The position numbers and the translations under genes are program-made. A DNA stretch of 64,000 nt from Eledone cirrhosa (lineage: Eukaryota): contig OZ024746.1 of assembly GCA_964016885.1 (NCBI GenBank), forward strand, positions 7,750,001-7,814,000, in the 5' to 3' direction. Below, in pieces: positions 53,831-64,000 of this stretch (position 1 is its first letter; each line of letters begins with the position of its first letter). Below the pieces are notes generated by a model. That model did not search any database. It had not been told where the DNA came from and saw nothing but the letters and a program-made list of their open reading frames with translations.

Positions 53831-54243
53831 ACAGTCCATATGGACTGTACCCCTTGATAACTTAAGCTAGAGTAGTTTTATTTTCTTTGTATCTTTTTGT
53901 TGTTTGTTCTTTGGTCTCATTTGGTTATTCTTGAAGAAGAATTTCTGTCTCAAGTTGTTACAAAGATAAAGATAAAAATTTCAAAACTGATAATTATTTT
54001 TAGACAGAAGTCAATTGAAGTATCAGTTTACTTATATCCTTCTTATATTTTTATAGATTCTATCTCTCTTCTATATTGTGTATATTTATTTTAAGAGAAT
54101 TTACATATTTTCCCAGTGGAAAAGAAGAAAATATCTAAAATGTAAAAAAACCAGCCTCAAACTAACAATTACATTACTAGCTAAACTTGGTAACCGAAGA
54201 ATATATATTGGGTGTGTGTGTGTATATGATGATGATGATGATA

Positions 54244-54311
<68 letters not shown>

Positions 54312-54368
54312 GGAAAAAATGAAACGAAATTTCATTTCCCACTCTTAGTACGGCTGTTACTTACTTAA

Positions 54369-54912
54369 ATATAAGTATGTACACATACATACATATATGT
54401 ATACAGACGTACAGTAGTATGTATATATATATACATACATGCACATATATATATATGTACGTATGGATTCACCGAACATTTATTATAATGCTCGGTGTGT
54501 TTGTAAACAAACATCCCGTATTAAGCCATAGTGTCTAACAACCATCGTTGCTCGTTTGTTCAACACTCGTTTGATTAACCCACTCGATATGCAAATTAGG
54601 CTACTCAGCCGTTAATATGCATAAGGTAAGTATATACGTTCAACAATCTGGCAGGAAGGTATACGTTGCTGACGATAGCTAATAAGCTTGAAACTAGTAC
54701 AGCGTCCCTTTGTCAGTGTTGAACAAACGAGCAACGATGGTTGCTAGACACTACGGCTTAATACGGGATGTTTGTTTACAAACACACCGAGCATTATAAT
54801 AAATGTTCGGTGAATCCATACGTATATATATATATATGTGTGCATGTATGTATATATATATACATACTACTGTACGTCTGTATACATATATGTATGTACG
54901 TGTACATACTTA

Positions 54913-54914
<2 letters not shown>
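54369..54914. mobile_element. Fold-back element: ~198-bp inverted arms around a 147-bp loop carrying a hammerhead
   Basis: Arm 54369-54567 is the reverse complement of 54715-54914 with few mismatches. Confidence 0.85.
54663..54705 (+). ncRNA. Minimal type I hammerhead ribozyme (Penelope-like pLTR type)
   Basis: acgttg-CTGACGA-t-agct(aata)agct-t-GAAA-ctag-TA-cagcgt: 6-bp stem I with one G.U pair, canonical core, stem II, palindromic ACTAGT stem III, GUA cleavage triplet. Confidence 0.85.
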
Positions 54915-54944
<30 letters not shown>

Positions 54945-54964
54945 AGTATGTACGTGTACATACT

Positions 54965-55008
<44 letters not shown>

Positions 55009-55237
55009 CTAACAATTACATTATTAGCTAAACTTGGTAACTGAAGAATATATGTATAAACTTAGTAAAACTTTTAAGTCAGACATTTCTTTTTTAAATG
55101 CATCTATATATATATATGTGTGTGTGTGTGCGTGCGTGTGTGTTATTTCTGTTTGTCTTTTGCATACGTACATATATGTATATATATATATATATATATT
55201 ATATGTCTGTCTCTTTACACACACAAACATATATACA

Positions 55238-55301
<64 letters not shown>

Positions 55302-55335
55302 CCATATATAGCATATATACAGGCTTAAGCATATA

Positions 55336-55401
<66 letters not shown>

Positions 55402-55575
55402 TGTATATATATATATATATGCATGTATATATATATATATATATATATGCTAGCGTGGAAGATAGACGTTAATCGATGATGATGATGATGATATATATTA
55501 TATCCATATATAGCATATATACATGCTTAAGCATATATGCATGTATGTATATATAATATAATAATATAATATAAT

Positions 55576-55670
<95 letters not shown>

Positions 55671-55775
55671 TACATGGTTAATGTTGGGCCTTGAAACCTT
55701 AGGTACTGCTTTTGTTCTGTGTATGAACATAAATATATATATACATATATATGTATACAAAAGGCAAGCAGAAAT

Positions 55776-55835
<60 letters not shown>

Positions 55836-56730
55836 TCCAGCTCCTGGGGTACTATACCCTGATTGTCTTTATTATTTAATTATTTAGTGATTGGCTATTA
55901 TTATGGTAATTTGCGTTGGGACGCGCGCGCGCGCGCACATACGCGCACGCACACGCACACACATACATACGCGCGCGCGCATATATATTTATATTGTAAA
56001 ATATTTTATATGCACAAAAAAGAAAATAAGATTTATTTTCATATGGTATAAAATATATCTTGTCATTATTGTAGAATATGGTAGAAACAATTATTGTAGA
56101 ATATGCTTCATTATCACAGTTAAAAACAATCGTCTGCAATGGTACTATTTTGTCCACTGCATATATTCACCTAGATATTTGCCAGCACAAATCCTCTGAC
56201 AAAGAATGTCCCCCTTTCTCTCAATTTGCAAGGTTTAGTTAGTAGTAGTGCCAGATATTTTTCGAAGGGATCTTTATGTTTGTATTGTATAGAGGAGGAG
56301 GAAAATACAAAATGTGATCCAGTTTCATTTCTTGTTTTTAAAATTCATGCAAGATAAATTCATGTTTAAAAATTATCTAGTTTGTCTTGTAAATTAATAT
56401 TAATATTTCAAAAGATTAACGTTAAAATAATGTTCAGATTTTTTTAAATTCTTAAACCTAAACAAAACCTACTATCTTCATGTAAAGATTATTTAGATGA
56501 AAAATTTCTGCCAACAATACTAATCTAGAAGAGAACGTATGTTAACTGGGCCTGGTTCTATGAAACAAAACCACCCAATTTAAAGGATTTCTTATTTAAG
56601 TCTTCCAACATAATTTTATATAAGAAGCGTGTTAAGTCACTATTTTAGTAATAAAATAATATAGTAAATTAGTAAACCCCTAAAAATTCATTAATTGATT
56701 GAAATAGAAATTACAGTCACGAAAGGGTTG

Positions 56731-56776
<46 letters not shown>

Positions 56777-56791
56777 AGGGGGTGTAACTTG

Positions 56792-56870
<79 letters not shown>

Positions 56871-59121
56871 CTTTAGAATATTGTATTGTATGTAACATAC
56901 AAACTTTTATTCTCTACCAAATTTGATTAAATAATTATATACAAGCTGGAAATGTCTAAACCATTTGGAAGAGAAAATTATTTGACAGCTAAGAAATAAC
57001 GACAACAACAACAACAAAAAGATTTTTACAAATATCATTAACTTTAAAATATTCCTTTATTTAAGAAGGAATTCATATATTGAATTACAGTTTTAAAATA
57101 AAACTAACAAACAAAAGCGAATCCTATGTAATTAACCCTTTTTTCCATTGTTTTCTTAGACAACCTCTAATTATTATTATTTCTCCTGACAAGAACAATG
57201 ACCCACAAAAAGACCAATAGTAATTATTTATTCGGTTGTTTCTAGAAGGATAAAAATATGTAAAGGAAAATAAATATATAAAATGACTCCTAACAGATGA
57301 CATAATTTCGATATTAACTAGACTATTCTGCGACTCATTTCCTTAGTAAATAGTTAATGATAGTGGGTTAAAGTTAATTAGTATTGTACATACAGCTCGT
57401 TTAGCTTAGTTTTATTTCGCTTACAGGACAACATTGGAGTACAACTGTTCTTTTTTTGGCTTTATGTTGTGCAACATAAACAAGAAAGTCTGCTTTTATT
57501 ACAGATCAAAAATACAGCTCAAAATGTGTCTCTAATGGTGGTTTAACATGCTAGAAATAGCGGTCAAATCTCCCTCAGATCACACCTTACCATCTTAGGT
57601 AAAAACGGACAGTATTGTTCTACGTCTATATGTATAATACTATGGCTGAATTTAAAAAGTGGGGAATTATCACGTCTGGAAGACTTTTAATGATAAAATT
57701 GACTTAAATGGGGGATCTCTGAATTTAAAACAACATAAGGCACTATATTTATATTACTTTCGAACTCTGAAGCAAGATTTTTAACGCCACCACCATCACC
57801 AACTAACTCCTCACTTCCTATCTTTCTATCTACCCGTTTCTGTTTCATGATTATATATTCTTTGGGTTCTTGTTGAAAAAACAAAGGAGACAGACAATGT
57901 TTACATCAATCAGTTCGCCTGAGGAAGGAAGTTGAAAGCTTTAACAATAGCAGTTGCTTGACAAGTACGTGTCAGCGACTCTGCTACTTATGGCTGTAGG
58001 CAACGATGACAGTAGTAACAAGAGAAAGCAGGAGTTCTGAACTAAAGACGATGGTTATGATAATGGTAATTGTGATGATGGTGGTGGTGATAAATGTCAG
58101 TGGAGGGAGCGGGTGCGAGTCAGCTGTGCAGGCTAGGCTGGGTCACGTGTTGGAGGAAAGGAAGACAGAAGCAGATGGGTGATGTCAGCAACAAGACGAA
58201 AATAACAAACTGAGAGAGAACAGACTGTTTACATACGCACACGCCTTCCCCTTCTACTTTTAACATGGTTTGTTTGTGTTTAGATGTGTGTGTGTAAATT
58301 ATCTAGTGATGGGGCGGGGTCGTCATGTTTATATGTCAGTTACTCGACAAGGTCACGATCAGCAAAAAAAATCTAGGTCGTCCCTGTTCATAAACTATAA
58401 CAGCCCCTTGAAAACACTGTTTACCTTTTTTTAGGGAGAAGGGAAGGCGTGTCTAACCAGAAAACCTATATTTAAATATAAACAGTGTGGACAGGGTATA
58501 ACCTGTTTAGGTTTTAGGTATCGGCTGTTGTTTTGGTTATATAGTCACTTAGGGCCTAGCCACAATTAAGAGAAAAAAACTGAACAATCTCTTATGTTAA
58601 AACAATATTTTACTTTCCTTTTAAATTATGATCCTTGAAAATATAGTTTTAAAAGGAATTTAGTAATATTTAATGTAATTTGTTCATTGTTAGATAAATG
58701 ATTTTCATATAATATACAGTATTGTTTCGAAGTCCCTAATATGATATTTGTTTTACATCTTTATTGAAAGAAAATTCTGGAATGTGCTAGCTATTATAAA
58801 TTCGATATTTTACTTCTGGCGTGACTCAGTATGTATATATAAATATGTGTGTATATAATCGCCCGCCCCCAACCTCGGAGTATTGTGTTATGGTTAGTTT
58901 TCGTGAACATCTTATTGAATATAGTTAAACATGGAATTAAGTCGTAAATAAACTAACTTCAAATTAAAGACTCCCCCCCCCCCCCCCCCCCCAAAAAAAA
59001 ATATATATATATCAGATTGTTTGTCATAAACAAATTATATATATATATATATATATATATGACTGCCAATATTGGAATTGAATAATCAAAACCGTAGCGG
59101 TATGTCACATATCAAAACATA

Positions 59122-59180
59122 TTTTGTCTGATGAAAACGTACTTAAACACCATAGTACCTTTGAAATATGTATAATAAAA
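59122..59180 (+). ncRNA. Decayed hammerhead-like motif
   Basis: CTGATGA-aaac-gtact(taaacaccat)agtac-cttt-GAAA-tatg-TA. Core and stem II are good; stem I pairs poorly. Confidence 0.5.
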
Positions 59181-59214
59181 TATATATTTTGATTATGAGA
59201 ATATTTTTCATTTG

Positions 59215-59406
59215 TAACGGAGGAAGCGTGGTAAGGAATCAGGTGGACCATGATGCACCAGAGTACTCGACACTATATAGGAAAAGAGTCAGAACCCTGA
59301 CGGCTGGGGCCCTGACTCTTTTCCTATTACCCACTCTACTACCCTAAGTGTCGAGTACTCTGGTGCGTCATGGTCCACCTGGTTCCTTACCACGCTTCCT
59401 TCGTTA
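59215..59406. mobile_element. Fold-back element, family H
   Basis: taacggaggaagcgtggtaagga...ccttaccacgcttccttcgtta inverted arms with an internal hairpin. Confidence 0.8.
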
Positions 59407-59689
59407 TATATATATATATTTTTTTTTTTTAAATATATATATATATATATATATATATTTAATACAATAACAGAGATAGTTTAAAGCTAAACTCTGACTG
59501 GTAACCATCTCACTCAACAAACATTAGGTTATATTAAAATATAAACCCAATTTAAGTGTTTGGGGTGCTAACAATATGTATAATGTGGAAAAACCAGTTG
59601 TATTATTTTATGAGATATAATTAAAGTTAAAGTATATCTCTCTTTCCATATATCTTTCTCTATATATATATATTTTTAAAAAAATATAT

Positions 59690-59850
59690 ATATAGAAAAG
59701 GCGTCTACAGGACTAGAGCTGTTTCATTCGGGAGAAATCATCCCGAATGAAACAGTTCTAGTCATGTAGAAGCCTTTTCTATATTAAATATTTATACTCT
59801 GCTTTGTATTGAGTACTTTACTTACTGTAGTTACCCCGATTGAACCCGGG
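59690..59850. mobile_element. Fold-back element (hairpin 59690-59784), family J, related to 34075-34195 and ~41490-41535
   Basis: tagaaaaggcgtctacaggactagagctgtttcattcggga...tcccgaatgaaacagttctagtcatgtagaagccttttcta. Confidence 0.75.
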
Positions 59851-59855
59851 ATAAA

Positions 59856-59892
<37 letters not shown>

Positions 59893-59999
59893 AAAAGTAG
59901 AAGTATCTTCTACTTTTGACTATATATTGTTCTGGATATTGTCTATTGAGCTAATTTATTGAGAAGCACATAATTCAAATATATTTAATGTTACATTTG

Positions 60000-60040
<41 letters not shown>

Positions 60041-60114
60041 AGAAGTTATAAAATAATTATGGTTTTATAAATATAGTTTCCATTTATTAATATATTGTAT
60101 ATATATATATATAT

Positions 60115-60217
60115 ATATTGTTATACTTTGGGAGGGTCATGTTGCCAATAAGAAACACACGCACCAGGTACGTGTGTTTCTTATTGGCAACATGACCCTC
60201 CCAAAGTATAACAATAT
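60115..60217. repeat. Near-perfect ~103-bp palindrome next to (TA)n
   Basis: atattgttatactttgggagggtcatgttgccaataagaaacacacg...cgtgtgtttcttattggcaacatgaccctcccaaagtataacaatat. Confidence 0.85.
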
Positions 60218-60319
60218 CGGTTTCAACACACGTTTTCAGATAAAGAATCTTGTTAAACAAATTCAGAAACGAAATATATATATATAGTTTAAGAATAAAC
60301 AAGCTTCCAAATCCAGGGC

Positions 60320-60570
60320 CATGACACCCCTATCCCTGGTTGGCCACCATCGCTTCCCATCTATGGTCATACTAGGCCATGTGTGGCCGAGGTGTCAGGT
60401 CAGATCGTCGTGCCATCTGGCCTTTTGCCGTCCTCTAGTTTTTCTCCACTGTCTTCCTGTCCACTCTGTCACTCCAGTAGTCCATCTGATGTCTCTGAGA
60501 CGAGAGACGTAGCCAGCCCATCTATGTTTGCCCTTCTTGGTGGTCTCAATTATATCCTTCACTCCAATCA
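60320..60570 (-). pseudogene. RTE-like LINE C-terminal fragment
   Basis: IRQLIGVKDIIETTKKGKHRWAGYVSRLRDIRWTTGVTEW...GRQKARWHDDL. Confidence 0.75.
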
Positions 60571-60589
60571 GCTGTCGAATCCAGTTGAA

Positions 60590-60906
60590 TTCACAATCGT
60601 GAGGTTGTGAGTTCGATTCTCGGACTTGTCGCTGTGCTGTGTTCTTCAGCATGACACTTTATTTCACATTGTTCCAGTTTACTCAACTATAGAAATGAGT
60701 TACGATGTCACTGGTACCAAGCTGTATCAGCTATTGCCTTTCTCTTGGACAACATCGGTGGCGTGGAGAAGGGAGACTGGTTTGCATAGGTGACTGCAGG
60801 TCTTGCACAAAAACATCTTACCCAGTCTTGTGGCACGGGGGGGGGGGGGGGGCTATTTCTAGGTGCAAAACCCAGTCATTCGTGGCTGAAGGGGGTCTTT
60901 ACCCTT
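60590..60906 (+). mobile_element. 5'-truncated CORE-like SINE with a different tail
   Basis: B box gagttcgattc and the same central cactttatttcacattg..ccagtttactca segment. Confidence 0.65.
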
Positions 60907-63751
60907 TATATATATATAGAGAGAGTGAGATATAATGATAATTTATATTTTGTCAAATGATCTGATGTTTTCATTGTCCAACCTTATATATTTGACTTTG
61001 TAGTTTTTGAATACTCAACGACGTAATAAAATTGCACTATTCCACAAAAACAAATTTCGCTTTGCTTCGATGGGATATTTATAACTACACTACATTGTGT
61101 TCTAATAGGGTTATAAGTCCTACTTTAATTAACTAGAATATTAATATGTATATTTATATATATTCATATACACGGTTAAAAGAATGGCCTTCCTAATGAC
61201 AACCACTTCATTGCGTGTACCGGGTGCGTTTTATCGTGGTACCAGCACTACTACTCTACAGTGTGGGCTGTGTGTATTTTGATATGGCACTAGCACTTTA
61301 CAACCCTGGGGCACTTGTGTCTTCGGTCAGGTTGGGAAGGCAGTGATAGAGAGTGAGGGAAGCTGTTTACATATTGCTTGCCAAAGAAAAGTGAGGAGTT
61401 GGTTTCCTTAATGGGAGTGGGTCACATTGTAGGTACATTGTTGGTTGCGTCCGGCTTTCTATCTATTGTGACGTGTTAAGGAATTCAGAGACGTGTGTTT
61501 CGTTACGTTAGGATATTTCCTTCAGTCAAGCAGTGGTTTCAATACAATAAATCCCCCCCACACACAGACACACTCTCGAAATTGCTGGCTTTTTGCATAA
61601 ATTAGAAACCATAGGCTAGATATTTTGTTATTGTAATATCAACACAGTCAGAAATATTTGTTGTTTGCTATCAATATAACCACCTTCTATAAATAACACT
61701 GAAATAAGAATTAATACACGAAAACAAGTGTACTAATGAGTTGAAAGAAACAATTTGACTCTTACGTCTTGCATTGGGGCCTCAACTTCTGATGAAAATC
61801 ATTGGGAGTAGGGTCGCGAGAAACCGTGTGTCGCGGGCACATTCTTTACTCTATCAGGAGCCTAGCCTTCTCCAGGTCTGGTCACAATCGATTTCTTCCA
61901 TAAAGAATCAGAATTGATCCCAGAACTGGACTGGACTGATACTTTATTTATCGATCCCGAAATAATGGAGGGCAAAATTTAACTCGGAGGTCAATTTAGA
62001 ACAGGGGCCGAAACAAATACTGCAAGGTATTCTATCTGTCAATGCTTAAACGACTGACAATTCGCCGCTTAATCAAAGGACGAATTGTTGCTTATTATGA
62101 CAGTTAATGACAACTAATGTATGTTGTGTATTTATATATGTACTTGTGTGTTTATATGTGGGGGTATTTACTTAAGCTAAACGGTTTTCATGGTCACAAT
62201 ATTCCAAATAAAATCCGTTTGTAATTGTTGCCACATATAACTGAATCAAGAAAAAAACTGTCATTGGAAAATTTCAACAAAATACTACTTCAATACATTT
62301 TTTTTTCTTTGTTATTTATATTCAAGGTATTAAATATAACGTGATTTTTTTTCTCATACGTGGAAATGTGTTTTAATTATCGTCATTGCGTACAAGTCAT
62401 GCAGTGTTAGGACATAAGTGACTTAAAATATTACTAGTTTAATTACTTTGATTATTATTTGTGATAATTAAATGAGGTACGAGTATGACTATTTATCCTA
62501 ACCCAAAGTGAAAGCCTTTCTCTAGTGAATATATTTTCGTTCAACATATAAACATGTGAAAACTATATTAATAACTCCTTTGTGTGTTTGTATAGGGAAA
62601 AAGAAATTGTGTTGAAAGTAGGCTCCAGGTCTACTTGCTGATACGATGGTAACACTGACGAACAATAAATATCTATAACTGGGTTGAAAGATCCCCATTA
62701 ATAACATAATGTAGAAATTGGATTTTCTTTTTAGAAGAATCCTATTTGCTTTGATAATATCGATTTTCTTTCGCCAGTCTAGTTTGTTAAGAAGTGACAA
62801 TATGGTTGGTTGAATCTACTCCACTATTTTATGATGTCTATATTTTATTAAACACATCACTCCTGGGCCTAAACAAACTGTGTTATAAAGCCAACTAGAA
62901 CATGTTTCTTATAAGAAATACCATATGTTAATATGACAATGTATTATTATATTTGTAGATTAAGCAGAGAATATAAAGTGTGTAGAAATATATTGATTTA
63001 TTATTTATATTTTGTTAGGGAGCAAATGAGATTAAATCTATGGCAGTAGTTCGGTTTTCAATGGCATTCACATAGAAGTGTAAAATAGACTCGACCTACA
63101 TTCGCACACACTAAAGGAAAAATGGATCTGCCTTCTCCATTAATGACGCTCTCTGTAAATGCTATATATTTTACCCTTCATTAACACCTTTTGTTCTATA
63201 CTGGCAAGTTACACAAACATTTTAGATTCAACCCATGTAGTTATTTTAGAATGTTCTAGAACTTTTCAGTCGCGTGACATCAGGTTTCAAAACTTCGAAG
63301 AATCTCAAACCTTTTCCTTGGGTCTATTATGTCGGTCAGGTTAGTATTTTTCTAGTCATTTCCGTCTACAAGGATTTCTCTTTAAGACAGAGCACAAAGT
63401 ATAACGTATTCATTGAAAACAAGATAATTATGCTTCCATAAAGTATTTATCATTTAACCTAGCATTCATTAATACTTATTGTGATGTTGGTGACACGGCA
63501 AACAGCTCCCAATACACCCTGTAAAGTGGTCGTGTTGGTACCATGTTCAAAAGCACCCAGTCAACCCTGTAAAATGGTCGTGCTGGTGACACGACAAAAA
63601 GTGACTAATCCGCCTTGTAAGGTGGTCGTGCTAGTACCACTATAAAAAAAAAAAAGCACTTCATTCTTTGGAAACGGAGAGTTATGTTTTCACAAAATAT
63701 TTATAATTTAACTTGGCATTCATTTAATACTTATACCAAAACATTATTTTT

Positions 63752-63935
63752 GGTGGATTGGCAGTATCGGTAGAGAGTCGGACGCCATGCTTTGACGCAT
63801 TGAGTTACGGCCCTTGCCATTCTGAGTTCAAATCCCACCGAGGTTAACTGTGCCTTTCATCCTTATGGGGTCGATAAAATAAAGTACCAGTTATACACTG
63901 GATAATTGCTGGCCTTGTGCCAAAAGTAGAAACAA
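63752..63935 (+). mobile_element. Nin/Deu-like SINE
   Basis: Homologous to 45887-46075. Confidence 0.85.
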
Positions 63936-64000
63936 TTATTTTTATTGTAATTAATATTGGATTTATTGTGTGTATTATTTCTACATAATATTATTACGTT

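Noticed and set aside
57915-57950. CTGAGGA...GAAAGCTTTA hammerhead-like string
   Set aside because: No stem I complementarity and negligible stem II.

Overview
AT-rich, microsatellite-saturated animal genomic DNA. The repeat repertoire (RTE and CR1 LINEs, tRNA-derived SINEs, long (TA)n/(TG)n tracts) looks octopus/cephalopod-like; this is an inference. There is one clear host gene: an intronless BTG/Tob-family (BTG1/2-like) CDS at 31366-32007 (-). Its compact promoter is immediate-early-type (perfect CRE, perfect CArG box, CCAAT, TATA-like). Nearly all other ORFs in the track are microsatellite or tandem-repeat artefacts or decayed retroelement fragments. The main unexplained signal is a set of type I hammerhead ribozyme (HHR) folds read directly from the sequence. 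Three have well-formed cores (15062-15099 +, 53735-53830 -, 54663-54705 +), two of them with the compensatory U3:A8 variant, and several more are decayed. They sit in short non-coding elements from several families, mostly inserted in (TA)n tracts and often arranged as long fold-back palindromes, as expected for Penelope-like pseudo-LTR/retrozyme remnants. Also present: a TTAA-targeting piggyBac-like MITE family hosting nested insertions, and several minisatellites that grew inside SINE/MITE sequence. Coordinates were counted by eye and may be off by a few bases; no database searches were run.
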